A stretch of 59,984 bases of DNA, taken from the NCBI GenBank assembly GCA_046744485.1, contig JBKPHE010000054.1, forward strand, positions 1-59,984, read 5' to 3'. The notes beneath the pieces were generated by a model. It searched no databases, was not told the DNA's origin, and worked only from the letters and a program-made list of their open reading frames with translations. The position numbers and the translations under genes are program-made. Each line of letters begins with the position of its first letter. Within the stretch, counting starts at the first letter, position 1. The DNA is from Actinomycetota bacterium (lineage in GTDB: Bacteria; Actinomycetota; Acidimicrobiia; Acidimicrobiales; VFJN01). Below are positions 26,536 through 36,466 of this stretch, in pieces.

Positions 26536-28197
26536 CTATGTGCCGCCGGCCGTGCCCGGAGCGGGCGCCGGCGCGGGCGGGGGCGCGGGGATCCCCTCAC
26601 CCCGCTCGAGCGCGGCCAGCTCGCGCTCGATCCTTAGGAGCTCCTCCTCGCTGCCCTGCACCCGGGGCCCCGTGAACCACTTGCGGGCCGAGACCAGCCA
26701 CCAGAGCAGGATCAGGGCGAGCGCGGCCAGGAACACCGGCCCGGCGAAGTTGAACAGGTTCCGGTTGCTGCCCTCCCACGGCGGCCAGAACGCCTCTACC
26801 GGCCCGTACACCGGCAGCACGAACAGGATGTCGATGATCACCACCCAGGCGATCGCTGTCCAGCCGACGACCCGGCTCCACCGGCCGAGGTTCCACGGCC
26901 CCGGCCGGAAGTCGGGGTTGCGCAGCCGCAGGAACACGGGCATGACGTAGGCCGTGTAGAGCCCGATGCCGGTGATGGCGACGAAGGCGATGAAGGCGTA
27001 CGAGTAGTTGTCGAACTGGACGAGCGACAACAGCCCCAGCAGCGCACAGACGGTCACGCCGAACCACACCGCGTTGGTGGGCGTGCGGGTCTTGGGGTTG
27101 ATGCGGCTCCAGAGCCCGCTGCCCGGCACGCCCCGGTCACGCGACATGGCGTACACGGTCCGCGACAGCGACGTCAGCCCGAACATCCCACAGAAGAACT
27201 GTCCGAGGACCGCCGTGAACACGAGCAGCTTGGCCATGTTGCCGCCAACGGCCTGCTCGAACAGGGTGGGGGCGGAGTTGATTCCGACCAGGGCGATGTC
27301 GTCGTACGCCCCCACCGGCACGGCGGCGATCATGACCACGGTGATGACCCAGGCGGCCAGCGCCGAGATCCACACCGACCGCACCATGGCCTTCGAGGCG
27401 TTGACCGCCGCGTCCTTGGTCTCCTCGGCCACATGGGCCGAGGCGTCGTAGCCCGTGAGCATGTACTGGGACAACAGGAGGCCGATCGGGAAGACGTAGA
27501 ACCAGTAGGCGCCGGTGAAGCCCCATCCGGTCAGGTTCCTGTCGTCGAGCAGGGAGCCGAAACCCTCGGTGCCGCTCGGGATCACCAGCAGGGCGATGAC
27601 GATGAGCGCGGCACCGACCACGTGCCACCAGACGCTGATGTCACCGAGCCACTTCAGCAGGCGGACACCGAACGTGTTCAGCAGGCCGTGTAGCACCAGG
27701 ATCACCGCGAAGATGATGTAGAGGGCGGACGCGTCGGCCAGCGAGTAGCTGAAGATCGAGTCGATGTAGTAGTCGAGGAAGAACGAGGTGAACACCGCCA
27801 GGGCGTAGTCGACACTGGCCACGACCCCGATGAGCCCGAGGATGTTCACCCAACCCGTGCACCACGACCAGCCGGCCTGGTTCCTCTTGGCCAGCTTGGC
27901 CGCCCAGTAGTACATGCCGCCGGCGGTCGGGTACGCCGAGTTCACCTCGGCCATGGCCATGGCCACGAGCGTCGAGAACAGGCCGACGATGGGCCACTGG
28001 AAGAGGATGACCCGTGGGCCACCCGCCTGCATGCCCAGGTAGAAGACGGTGAGGTTGCCCGCGAGGATCGAGATGATCGTGAACGAGACTGCGAAGTTCG
28101 AGAACTGGCTGAGACCTCGCCGCAACTCCTGGGCGTAACCCAGGTGGTGGAGAGTCCGCTGGTCCTCGTCGAGGATTGCGGGTTCTTCGATGGCCAC
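26536..28197 (-). CDS. amino acid/polyamine (APC family) permease
   Basis: About 12 TM helices. LSQFSNFAVSFTIISILAG and AEVNSAYPTAGGMYYWA. GTG 28197 lies 7 nt after GGGAAGGGGGG. The longer GTG 28293 start adds 32 codons of poor bias. Confidence 0.88.
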   Translation of the reverse strand: MAIEEPAILDEDQRTLHHLGYAQELRRGLSQFSNFAVSFTIISILAGNLTVFYLGMQAGGPRVILFQWPIVGLFSTLVAMAMAEVNSAYPTAGGMYYWAAKLAKRNQAGWSWCTGWVNILGLIGVVASVDYALAVFTSFFLDYYIDSIFSYSLADASALYIIFAVILVLHGLLNTFGVRLLKWLGDISVWWHVVGAALIVIALLVIPSGTEGFGSLLDDRNLTGWGFTGAYWFYVFPIGLLLSQYMLTGYDASAHVAEETKDAAVNASKAMVRSVWISALAAWVITVVMIAAVPVGAYDDIALVGINSAPTLFEQAVGGNMAKLLVFTAVLGQFFCGMFGLTSLSRTVYAMSRDRGVPGSGLWSRINPKTRTPTNAVWFGVTVCALLGLLSLVQFDNYSYAFIAFVAITGIGLYTAYVMPVFLRLRNPDFRPGPWNLGRWSRVVGWTAIAWVVIIDILFVLPVYGPVEAFWPPWEGSNRNLFNFAGPVFLAALALILLWWLVSARKWFTGPRVQGSEEELLRIERELAALERGEGIPAPPPAPAPAPGTAGGT

Positions 28198-28289
28198 GCG
28201 GGAGCCCCCCTTCCCGTCGGTGCACCTATGGCAACGATCGAACCACGACCGGACGGAAATTGCCAGGATCTCTCGATCCGACCGGCGAT

Positions 28290-29066
28290 TCACTCAGGGG
28301 TCACGTAAGCGGCGGTGATGCCACCGTCGACCACGAGGGCAGCACCGGTCATGAACGAGGACTCGTCCGAGGCGAGGAACAGGGCAGCTCGGGCGATCTC
28401 CTCGGCGGCGCCGGGGCGGCCCATGGGGATGTGCACGAGGCGCCGCGCCGCCCACGCCGGGTCGGACATGAGCTGCCGCATGAGCGGAGTGTCGATCGGG
28501 CCGGGGCACAGCACGTTGGCCCGGATCCCCTGGCGGGCGTACTCGACCGCCGTCTCCCGTGTCATCGCGAGCACGCCCCCCTTGCTGGCGGTGTAGGCGA
28601 TCTGCGGTACCGCCGAGCCCACCAGGGCGACGAGCGACGAGACGTTCACGATCGTGCCACCGCCGGACGCAAGCAGGGCGGGGATCCCGAACTTCATCCC
28701 CAGCCAGACGCCCTTGAGGTTCACCGCCAGCACGCGGTCCCACGTGGCCTCGGGGGTGTCGAGGGTCCCTGCGTCGTCGCCGGGGAGGATGCCGGCGTTG
28801 TTGTACAAGACATCGAGTTGCCCGAAGGCATCGACCGCAAAGGCGACCATCGCCTCGCCGTCCGCGGCGTCGGACACGTCGGCGTGGACGAAGGCCGCCT
28901 CGCCACCGGCGGCGGCGATCGCGGCCACGGCAGCCTCGCCTTCGGCGTCCATCACGTCGGCGATCGCCACCCGGGCCCCTTCGGCTGCGAAGAGCTCGGC
29001 CGCGACACGCCCGATGCCACTCGCAGCGCCCGTGATCAGCGCCACCTTGTCGTCGAGACGTCCCAT
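28290..29066 (-). CDS. SDR family oxidoreductase
   Basis: ATG 29066 follows AAGGAG. Motifs: TGAASGIG, NNAG, YTASKGG (YxxxK). Confidence 0.92.
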   Translation of the reverse strand: MGRLDDKVALITGAASGIGRVAAELFAAEGARVAIADVMDAEGEAAVAAIAAAGGEAAFVHADVSDAADGEAMVAFAVDAFGQLDVLYNNAGILPGDDAGTLDTPEATWDRVLAVNLKGVWLGMKFGIPALLASGGGTIVNVSSLVALVGSAVPQIAYTASKGGVLAMTRETAVEYARQGIRANVLCPGPIDTPLMRQLMSDPAWAARRLVHIPMGRPGAAEEIARAALFLASDESSFMTGAALVVDGGITAAYVTPE

Positions 29067-29351
29067 CCCTGCTCCTTGATCCGACACGTCATGGCGACCG
29101 GGACAATGTCGAAAGTCAGGCCCGCGGTCAACGGGCGCGGCGCGAGCGGGCGGCCGTGGTGACCAGCCTGGCGAAGGTGAGTGTCCCCCGGGAGCACCGA
29201 CGCGGTTTGTCTCGGCGGAGGTCTTCGAGGTCGTCGCGCAGACCCCTTCGCGATGACACGATCGTCCCCCCGACGTTTCCGACGGTGGGAAGGCCCGGGG
29301 TCCGGCCGGCCAGAGGCGTGGACCACCGTGGCGGGGGTACCGTTCGCGGTG

Positions 29352-29810
29352 ATGGGCGCGCTGGTCGCGATCGAGGAACGCAAGAAGCTCCTGAGCGACG
29401 TGTGGCTGTTCCAGGGCGCCACCGACGAGGAGCTGACGATGCTGGCCGAGTTGGCCTACGAGGTCACCATCGGGCCGCATGTCGACATCGTCAACGAGAA
29501 CGAGTTCGGCGACGAGTTGTTCCTGGTGGTCGACGGCCACGCCGCCGTGACCCGGGAGGGGGTCGACCTCGGCGTGCTCAACGCCGGCGACTTCTTCGGC
29601 GAGATGGCAATGCTCGGCACGGGCGTCAGGACGTCGACCGTGCGGTCGATCGTCGCCATGACCCTGCTGGGGCTCCGCGCCGAGCATTTCGACGACGTGC
29701 TGGCGTCCGATCCCATGATCGCCCGCCGGGTGCTCAGCGTGGTGGTGAGGCGCCTCGAACGGGCCGACCACCGCCTGGCCGAGCTCGAGGGCCGCCACCG
29801 CTCGGGCTGA
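29352..29810 (+). CDS. stand-alone cyclic nucleotide-binding domain protein
   Basis: LFQGATDEELTMLAE...GDELFLVVDGHAAV...GDFFGEMAMLGTGVRTSTVRS is a cNMP-binding beta-barrel. GTG 29328 is an alternative start. Confidence 0.8.
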   Translation: MGALVAIEERKKLLSDVWLFQGATDEELTMLAELAYEVTIGPHVDIVNENEFGDELFLVVDGHAAVTREGVDLGVLNAGDFFGEMAMLGTGVRTSTVRSIVAMTLLGLRAEHFDDVLASDPMIARRVLSVVVRRLERADHRLAELEGRHRSG

Positions 29811-29895
29811 CCCATTGAGCCGTGCGGTGGTCGCGCCGCGCGGCACGCCGGTGTAGGGCGCTGCCTACTGCCGCCGGCGCTGGGCGCCGCCGATC

Positions 29896-30666
29896 ATGGG
29901 CGCCATGCCGACAAGCACGTCGCTTCGATTCGCGGGGACCACCGCCCTCGTCACCGGGGGAGCATCGGGCATCGGCGCCGCCACCGCCCGTCGGCTGTCC
30001 GCGGAAGGCGCATGCGTCGTGGTCGCCGATCGCGACGAGGTGGGTGCGCAGAAGGTGGCGGCCGACATCGACGGCGACGCGGTCGCGGTCGATGTCACCG
30101 ACGTGGGCGCGGTGAGGGCGGCGTTCGGGTACGTGCAAGAGACGTGGGGGCCGATCGACGTCCTGGTCAACAACGCGGGCGGGGACCGGGCCGCCTTGTT
30201 CCTCGACACCGACGAGCCCGACTGGGACGCCGCCCTGGCCCTGAACCTCAAGAGCGCGGTCGCCTGCACCCACGCGGCCCTGGCCACGATGGTCGACCGC
30301 CGCCGCGGCGCGATCGTCAACGTCGCCAGCGAGGCCGGGAGGGTCGGCATGGTCGGGGGGGCGCTGTACACGGCGGCCAAGGCCGGTGTGATCGGGTTCA
30401 CCAAGGCGATCGCGCGCGAGTGTGCCCGCTACGGGGTGCGTTGCAATGCGGTGGCTCCCGGGCCGATCGACACGCCGCTGCTCGGAGGGCTGGCGAACGA
30501 CCCGCTCGGCGCCGGCCTCCGCCAGGGGATGATCGACGCCACGCTGCTGCGCCGGTGCGGGCAGCCACGCGAGGTCGCGGCCGCCATCGCCTACCTGGCG
30601 TCGGACGATGCCACCTACGTCACCGGTCACACCCTGGCCGTGAGCGGCGGCCTTTCGATGGTGTGA
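29896..30666 (+). CDS. SDR family oxidoreductase (FabG-like)
   Basis: TGGASGIG, NNAG, YTAAKAG, PGPIDTPL. Confidence 0.92.
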   Translation: MGAMPTSTSLRFAGTTALVTGGASGIGAATARRLSAEGACVVVADRDEVGAQKVAADIDGDAVAVDVTDVGAVRAAFGYVQETWGPIDVLVNNAGGDRAALFLDTDEPDWDAALALNLKSAVACTHAALATMVDRRRGAIVNVASEAGRVGMVGGALYTAAKAGVIGFTKAIARECARYGVRCNAVAPGPIDTPLLGGLANDPLGAGLRQGMIDATLLRRCGQPREVAAAIAYLASDDATYVTGHTLAVSGGLSMV

Positions 30667-30680
30667 CGACCAGCCCGGGG

Positions 30681-30724
30681 CCACCTGAGGGTGGATCCGG
30701 GCCGGAAGTAGGGCGGCCCCTACT
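30681..30724 (+). terminator. two short hairpins after the SDR stop
   Basis: CCACC-tgag-GGTGG (30681-30694) and AGTAGGG-cggc-CCCTACT (30707-30724). There is no U tract. Confidence 0.3.
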
Positions 30725-30795
30725 ACCACCCACCCACCCCGCCGCAGACGCTGGGGGCGAGGGCCAAGACGGGCCCACCGGAGGGGGATTGAGCG

Positions 30796-32055
30796 ATGCA
30801 CCGCTTCTCTCACACTCGGATCGTCGGGATGGCGATCGTCGCCGTGCTCGGCATCGCCGCAGCCTGTTCGGACGACGGCACGACCGCGCCAGAGTCGAGC
30901 TCGGACCTCGGCGACACCACCGCCACGAGCGCGGTTGCCGAGGCGACCGGCGAGCCGATCAGGATCGGCTTCGTCAACAGCGAGGGCGGCGCCTTCTCGG
31001 TGCCCGAGCTGCGGGTCGGCAACGAGGTCGCGGAGACCTACATCAACGAGCAGCTCGGCGGGGTGAACGGCCAGCCGCTCCAGGTCAGCAGGTGCACCAC
31101 CGACGGCTCACCCGAGGCGTCGATCGACTGCGCCAACCAGTTCGTCGAGGAAGGGGCCGTTGCGGTGGTCGAGGGCACCGACCTCGGCGGCGACGCCATG
31201 TTGCCGATCCTGGCCGACGCGGGGATCCCCCTGGTTGGTCACGTGCAGTTCGGCCCCGGGCGCATGTTCGACGACAACTCGTACTACTTCGGTGCCGCTG
31301 CCCTCGCCTACGGCGCGGCCGCCTTGCGCTTCTACGCCGACGAGGGCGCCGAATCCATCACCTGGTTCCTCCCCGACGAGCCGTCGAGCCACGCCTTCAC
31401 CGACAGCGTGCTCGAGCCGACCAGCGAACAGCTCGGGATCGACTACTCGACCGTCTACTACGACGCCGCCTCGCCCAACTGGGCGGTCCTTGCGGCCACC
31501 GCCGTGTCCGAGGGGCCCGACGTGAGCGGCAGCATCGCGGCCACCGACGCACAGTGCGCGGAGATGGTCGGGGCGCTGCGTGACGCCGGCTACCAGGGCC
31601 GCATCCTGGCCGCCTCGTGCGTGGGCCTGTACGAAGCGGTCGGCGACGATGCCGTGGGCGTCGACACCGACGCCGACCACTGGCACCCGGGCGACACAGC
31701 ATCCGCCCCCGCCGACAAGCGCGCCGAGCTGGAGGAGTACGCGGCCGTCATGCAAGCCGCCGGCCGGGAAGACCTGATCCCCGGCAACGCCATCATCACC
31801 TTTGCCGACATGATCAACCTCTCGCGCATCATGAGCACGATCGAAGGACCGGTCGACGGTGCGGCGGTGGCAGGTGCGCTACGGGCGACGAAGGACTTCG
31901 ACAGCTACGCCGGGCCCACGATCAGCTGCGACCGCTCGGTGATCCCCGGGAACTCTGCGTGCAGCACCGACCTGCTGTTCTTCCAGGTACAGGATGATGG
32001 CTCGGTCAAGGCCGTCACCGACGACTACGTCGACGTGACCGGGCTGCTCGGCTAG
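30796..32055 (+). CDS. ABC transporter substrate-binding lipoprotein (LivJ/Peripla_BP_6-like)
   Basis: ATG 30796 lies 7 nt after GGAGGGGGA. Lipobox LGIAAACSDD. The fold pattern is branched-chain amino acid/amide-binding. Confidence 0.9.
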   Translation: MHRFSHTRIVGMAIVAVLGIAAACSDDGTTAPESSSDLGDTTATSAVAEATGEPIRIGFVNSEGGAFSVPELRVGNEVAETYINEQLGGVNGQPLQVSRCTTDGSPEASIDCANQFVEEGAVAVVEGTDLGGDAMLPILADAGIPLVGHVQFGPGRMFDDNSYYFGAAALAYGAAALRFYADEGAESITWFLPDEPSSHAFTDSVLEPTSEQLGIDYSTVYYDAASPNWAVLAATAVSEGPDVSGSIAATDAQCAEMVGALRDAGYQGRILAASCVGLYEAVGDDAVGVDTDADHWHPGDTASAPADKRAELEEYAAVMQAAGREDLIPGNAIITFADMINLSRIMSTIEGPVDGAAVAGALRATKDFDSYAGPTISCDRSVIPGNSACSTDLLFFQVQDDGSVKAVTDDYVDVTGLLG

Positions 32056-32069
32056 GGCACGCCAGAGCG

Positions 32070-34076
32070 GTGAGCGAACACCTCCTGTTCCTGATCGTCG
32101 GGCTCGGTGCCGGCGCCGCCTATGCCGCGATTGCGATGGCCCTGGTCACCACCTACCGGGGGACCGGGGTCATCAACATCGCCCAGGGGGCGATGGCGAT
32201 GTGGGCGGCATTCGTCTACGACGAGCTCCGGCGCCACGGTGACCTCGTCCTGCCCGTCGGTCGGCTGCACCTCGGCGAGGGGCTGTCGACGTGGCCCGCG
32301 CTGGTCGCCGCTGTGGCCGCAGTCGCGCTGCTCGGTCTGATCGTGCACCTGGTGGTGTTCCGCCCGCTGCGGTCGGCGCCACCACTTGCCAAGGTCGTTG
32401 CCTCGGTCGGCGTGGCGATCACGCTCGAGGCGCTGGTCGTGCTGCGTTTCGGCACCGGTCGCCGCGCCGTCCCGCCGGCGCTGCCCGACGAACCCGTGCA
32501 CGTCGGCACATTGACCTTCTCGCGCGACCGGATCTGGTTCGCCGGCCTCGTCGTCGCGATCGCGGTGATGCTCTGGGCCTACGGTCGCTTCACCCGCGCA
32601 GGACTCGCCACCCGCGGTGCGGCCGAGTCGGAGCGTGGCGCCATCCTGCTCGGCTACTCACCCGACCGGCTCGCGGCCGCGACCTGGGTGCTCGCTGCCG
32701 CCGTCGGCGGCGCGGTCGCCGTTCTCGTGGCGCCGACGGTCGGGCTCGAGCCCGTGAGCTGGACCCTGATGGTGGTTCCCGGCTTGGCGTGCGCCCTGGT
32801 GGGGCGACTGACGTCGGTCGGCGTCGCCTGTGTGGCCGGCTTGGCACTTGGTGCCGCCGAATCGGAGATCACACTCCTCTCGGCCCGCGACTGGTGGCCC
32901 GACTGGGCAACCGTCGGGGTGGCCGAGAGCGTGCCCCTGCTGATCATCGTGGGCGCCTTGTTCCTGCTCGGACGGCACCTGCCCACTCGGGGCTCGGCAC
33001 GCGCCGACCCGCTGCCGCCTGTGCCCAAGCCACGTGTGCGGGTACCCGCCGTCGGCGCGCTCGTCGCCGCGGGGGTGGCTGCCTTGCTGCTCACCGAGGG
33101 CAGCTATCGGTTCGGCGTGATCACCTCGATGATCTTTGCCCTGATGGCGCTGTCGCTGGTCGTGCTCACCGGTTACGTGGGACAGATATCCCTGGCGCAG
33201 GCGGCCTTCGCCGGGTCGGCGGGTTTCGCACTCTCCAAGATCGGCACGGGCCTGCCGTTCCCGATCCCGCTGCTCCTGGCCGCGCTGGCGGCCACCGCGC
33301 TGGGCCTGCTCGTCGCCGTTCCCGCCCTCCGGGTGCGCGGCGTCCAGCTGGCCGTCGTCACGCTCGCCGCCGGCGTTGCCATCGAGCAGTTCGTGTTCCG
33401 GAACCCGAAGTTGACGCCGACGACCGGAAACCTCATCCCGGATCCACGGATCTTCGGCGTCGACCTCGCGGTGCGGCGCGGGGCCGACCTCGCTCGGTGG
33501 CAGTTCGGGATCCTCGTGCTGGTGGTGCTCGCACTGGCCGCACTGGCGGTGGCCAACCTGGGCCGGAGCGGCACCGGGCGGGCGTTCCTCGCGGTGCGAT
33601 CCAACGAACGGGCCGCGGCGTCGCTCGGGGTCAACGTCGCCGCCGTCAAGCTCATCGCGTTCGGCATGTCGGCGTTCCTCGCCGGGCTTGGTGGCGCGCT
33701 GATCGGCTACAGCCGCGGCCAGCTGTCGGCAACGTCGTTCGGTGTCTCGGTGAGCCTGACACTGCTGGCGTTCGCCTACCTCGGGGGGATCACCAGCATC
33801 GGCGGTGCCCTCGTCGCGGGCAGCCTTGCTCCGCTGGGGATCGGCTACGTCGTGCTCGATCGCGCCGCCGACCTCGGCGAGCACTACCTGCTCGTGTCCG
33901 GGTTGCTGCTCGTCGCTACCGCCATCCTCAACCCGGGCGGCATCGCCGATGGCGTACGGTGCCGCGTGGCGGCCCTGACCTCTCGCCCAGGCGGGCAGGG
34001 TGGAACGGCCGCGGCTCGATTGGACCAGACGGCGCGGGCCGAACCCCCGCCGGTAAGGGTGGGAGCACCGACATGA
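32070..34076 (+). CDS. fused LivH-LivM type ABC transporter permease
   Basis: 668 aa. The N-terminal half is LivH-like (FLIVGLGAGAAYAAIAMALVTTYRGTGVINIAQG). The C-terminal half is LivM-like (LVVLTGYVGQISLAQAAFAGSAGF). Confidence 0.9.
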   Translation: MSEHLLFLIVGLGAGAAYAAIAMALVTTYRGTGVINIAQGAMAMWAAFVYDELRRHGDLVLPVGRLHLGEGLSTWPALVAAVAAVALLGLIVHLVVFRPLRSAPPLAKVVASVGVAITLEALVVLRFGTGRRAVPPALPDEPVHVGTLTFSRDRIWFAGLVVAIAVMLWAYGRFTRAGLATRGAAESERGAILLGYSPDRLAAATWVLAAAVGGAVAVLVAPTVGLEPVSWTLMVVPGLACALVGRLTSVGVACVAGLALGAAESEITLLSARDWWPDWATVGVAESVPLLIIVGALFLLGRHLPTRGSARADPLPPVPKPRVRVPAVGALVAAGVAALLLTEGSYRFGVITSMIFALMALSLVVLTGYVGQISLAQAAFAGSAGFALSKIGTGLPFPIPLLLAALAATALGLLVAVPALRVRGVQLAVVTLAAGVAIEQFVFRNPKLTPTTGNLIPDPRIFGVDLAVRRGADLARWQFGILVLVVLALAALAVANLGRSGTGRAFLAVRSNERAAASLGVNVAAVKLIAFGMSAFLAGLGGALIGYSRGQLSATSFGVSVSLTLLAFAYLGGITSIGGALVAGSLAPLGIGYVVLDRAADLGEHYLLVSGLLLVATAILNPGGIADGVRCRVAALTSRPGGQGGTAAARLDQTARAEPPPVRVGAPT

Positions 34077-34762
34077 CACGCGTGGAATCGACCGGCCACG
34101 ACGCCAGCCCGGCCGGGTTCGACCTGGTCGAGACCGATCGACTGCTGACCACCACACGGGCAGTCCGCAAGCGCCTGGACGTCGACCGGCCCGTGGACCG
34201 CGCGCTGGTGCTCGACTGCCTGCGCATCGCCACCCAGGCGCCGTCCGGCGGCAACAGCCAGCCGTGGCGATGGCTGGTGGTCGACGACCCCGCTGTCCGG
34301 GCCGGTCTGGCCGAGCTGTACCGGCGCGCCTACGGGCCCTACATCGAGCTACAGAAGGCGGCCATCGTGGCGGCCGGCGGCGACGAGAACCATCCGATCC
34401 TCCGCAGCTCGGACTACCTGGCCGAGCACCTGCACGAGGTGCCGATCCACGTCATCCCGTGCCTGCTCACGCGGCTTCCCGAGCGTCCCGCGCCGGCGGA
34501 CACGGCCGGGTTCTACGGGTCGATCCTCCCGGCGGTGTGGAGCTTCGCGCTCGCGCTGCGCAGTCGTGGCCTGGGCACGGCGTACACGACCCTGCACCTG
34601 CACCAGGAGCGTGAGGCCGCCGAGCTGCTCGGCATCCCGGACACGGTGACGCAGGTGGCCCTGCTGCCCGTCGCCCACGTCACGGGTCGTGACTTCAGGC
34701 CCGCCGACCGCAAGCCCATCGAGGCCGTCACCTACTGGAACCGCTGGAAGCAGCGCTCCTGA
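34073..34762 (+). CDS. nitroreductase family protein
   Basis: ATG 34073 overlaps the permease stop (ATGA). TTRAVRKRL and QAPSGGNSQPWRWLVV. This is the real part of the 823-aa ORF 32291..34762. Confidence 0.88.
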   Translation: MTRVESTGHDASPAGFDLVETDRLLTTTRAVRKRLDVDRPVDRALVLDCLRIATQAPSGGNSQPWRWLVVDDPAVRAGLAELYRRAYGPYIELQKAAIVAAGGDENHPILRSSDYLAEHLHEVPIHVIPCLLTRLPERPAPADTAGFYGSILPAVWSFALALRSRGLGTAYTTLHLHQEREAAELLGIPDTVTQVALLPVAHVTGRDFRPADRKPIEAVTYWNRWKQRS

Positions 34763-34780
34763 CCCCTCGTCTCCCGGGAC

Positions 34781-35905
34781 GTGAGTGACGCCACCGTCCC
34801 GGCCCCGGCGGGGGGCCGAGGTGTGAAACTCGGCCGGTGCCGCAATGGTCTGATGGCGAACGCCCCGAGCGAGGTGTCCACACCGATGGCAGTGCAGCTC
34901 CGACGTGAACCGAGCGAGTTCTGGCGACGCGCCCGGCGCGACGACCGCAGCGGTCGTCAACCGGTCCCGCCGATCCTTCCCTTGGGCACGCTCGTGCGCG
35001 TGCCCGATCGGGGTGACGTGTTCGTCCGCTACCAGGCGGGGCCGCCGGGTGCGCCGACCGTGCTGTTGCTGCACGGGTGGATGGCGTCGGCCGACCTCAA
35101 CTGGTCGGGCACGTTCCCGGCGCTGGCCGGGCGATACCACGTGGTGGCGATGGACCACCGTGGCCACGGCCGCGGCATCCGAACCCGCGAGGCGTTCAGC
35201 CTCGAGGACTGCGCCGACGACGCAGCCGGGCTGCTGCGTGAGCTGGGCGTGCGCAACGCGGTGGTGGGCGGCTACTCGATGGGCGGCCCGGTCGCCCTGC
35301 TCCTGACCCGCCGGCACCCGGACCTGGTGCGAGGTCTGGTGCTCGTCGCGACCGCCGCTGAGCTGGCACCCACCGCTGTCCGGCGGGGCATGGGCACGAT
35401 CATGCACCTGCTCGGGCCGCTGGTGCGTTCGGGACTGCCGGATCGCGTGCTGGTCGAGGTGGCGCGTAGCCGACCCGCCTTCCTGAGGGAGCTCGCCGAG
35501 CACACCCCCTGGATGGCGGGCGAGTTGAAGCGCCTCCATCCGTCGGACATCGTCGGTGCCGGGAAGTCCATTGCCCGGTTCGACGCCCGCCCATGGCTGG
35601 CCGAGCTGGGGACGCCGGCCGCAGTCGTGGTGACGCTACGCGACCTCGCGGTCGGGCCCGACCGGCAGCGGGCGACTGCCGCCGCGCTGGGCGCGCCGGT
35701 GATCGAGGTGGATGGCGGGCATGCGGTGTGCCTGACCGACCCGGAGGTCCTGGGTGGTGCGGTGCGGCAGGCGGTCGACGTCGCGACCAACGACCGGCCG
35801 GGGCGACGGGTCCTGCGTGCCACGGTTCGTCGGGTCCGCGCCGGAAGCCCGGTACTGCCGCATCTGGTCACGTCGAACGACGACGCGGTCGGCTTGGCGG
35901 TCTAG
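34781..35905 (+). CDS. alpha/beta hydrolase
   Basis: VLLLHGW, nucleophile elbow GYSMGG, and GGHAV near the C-terminus. The start is uncertain (GTG 34781, ATG 34853 or ATG 34886). Confidence 0.85.
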   Translation: MSDATVPAPAGGRGVKLGRCRNGLMANAPSEVSTPMAVQLRREPSEFWRRARRDDRSGRQPVPPILPLGTLVRVPDRGDVFVRYQAGPPGAPTVLLLHGWMASADLNWSGTFPALAGRYHVVAMDHRGHGRGIRTREAFSLEDCADDAAGLLRELGVRNAVVGGYSMGGPVALLLTRRHPDLVRGLVLVATAAELAPTAVRRGMGTIMHLLGPLVRSGLPDRVLVEVARSRPAFLRELAEHTPWMAGELKRLHPSDIVGAGKSIARFDARPWLAELGTPAAVVVTLRDLAVGPDRQRATAAALGAPVIEVDGGHAVCLTDPEVLGGAVRQAVDVATNDRPGRRVLRATVRRVRAGSPVLPHLVTSNDDAVGLAV

Positions 35906-35947
35906 ACATCGGTCGTTGCCACCCAACGGCCGCAGTCGGGCGTCGGC

Positions 35948-36448
35948 TCAGGTCGGTCCGGGGCCCCCCGGGGTGACCGCGATGGTCAGGACCATGCCGG
36001 CCTGCTTGTGACCCGGCACCGTGCACCACGCCTGTGCGTCGGCATCGATCACACCGAAGTCAGCCGTCGCAGACTCACCCGGTTGCAGCCGACCGGTGCC
36101 GGACTCGCCGTTCAGGTTCAGCGTGTGCACGAGGTCGCCGTTGTTGGTGACCTCCACCATGAGGTGCGTGCCCGCCGGGACCTCGACGCGATCGGGCTTC
36201 ACGAACAGATCTCCGAGCTCGACCGCCAAGGTCTTCACAGGGCCTCCGCTCGCTACGGCCGGGTTTTCGTCGTCCCCGCCACCGGCAACCACGATCGCAA
36301 CGATGCTGATCGCCAGGGCCAACATCGACATGACAGCGAAGAGGGCGAACAGCCCGGCGGGTACCGCTGGGCCGTTCGCGGATGATGGCGGCGGAGACCA
36401 TCCTTCTTGTGCTTCTTGTCCCGGTTGTCCCGGAGGGACGGTCGCCAT
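35948..36448 (-). CDS. membrane-anchored cupredoxin (type-1 copper site)
   Basis: N-terminal TM helix LFALFAVMSMLALAISIVAIVVA. Ligand set is H in LVHTLNL plus CTVPGHKQAGM (C-x4-H-x4-M). Confidence 0.8.
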   Translation of the reverse strand: MATVPPGQPGQEAQEGWSPPPSSANGPAVPAGLFALFAVMSMLALAISIVAIVVAGGGDDENPAVASGGPVKTLAVELGDLFVKPDRVEVPAGTHLMVEVTNNGDLVHTLNLNGESGTGRLQPGESATADFGVIDADAQAWCTVPGHKQAGMVLTIAVTPGGPGPT

Positions 36449-36466
36449 GGCGAACCCCTCCTGCTG

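Noticed and set aside
30726-30740. (CCAC)3CCC tract in the SBP 5' region as an anti-SD or riboswitch-like element
   Set aside because: Its complementarity to the GGAGGGGGA RBS is imperfect, and I recognised no conserved riboswitch architecture. It is too short to support a call.
32291-34072. Upstream 594 codons of the 823-aa ORF 32291..34762
   Set aside because: Only the last 229 codons (from ATG 34073) are nitroreductase-like. The rest is Arg-rich out-of-frame reading of the permease gene.
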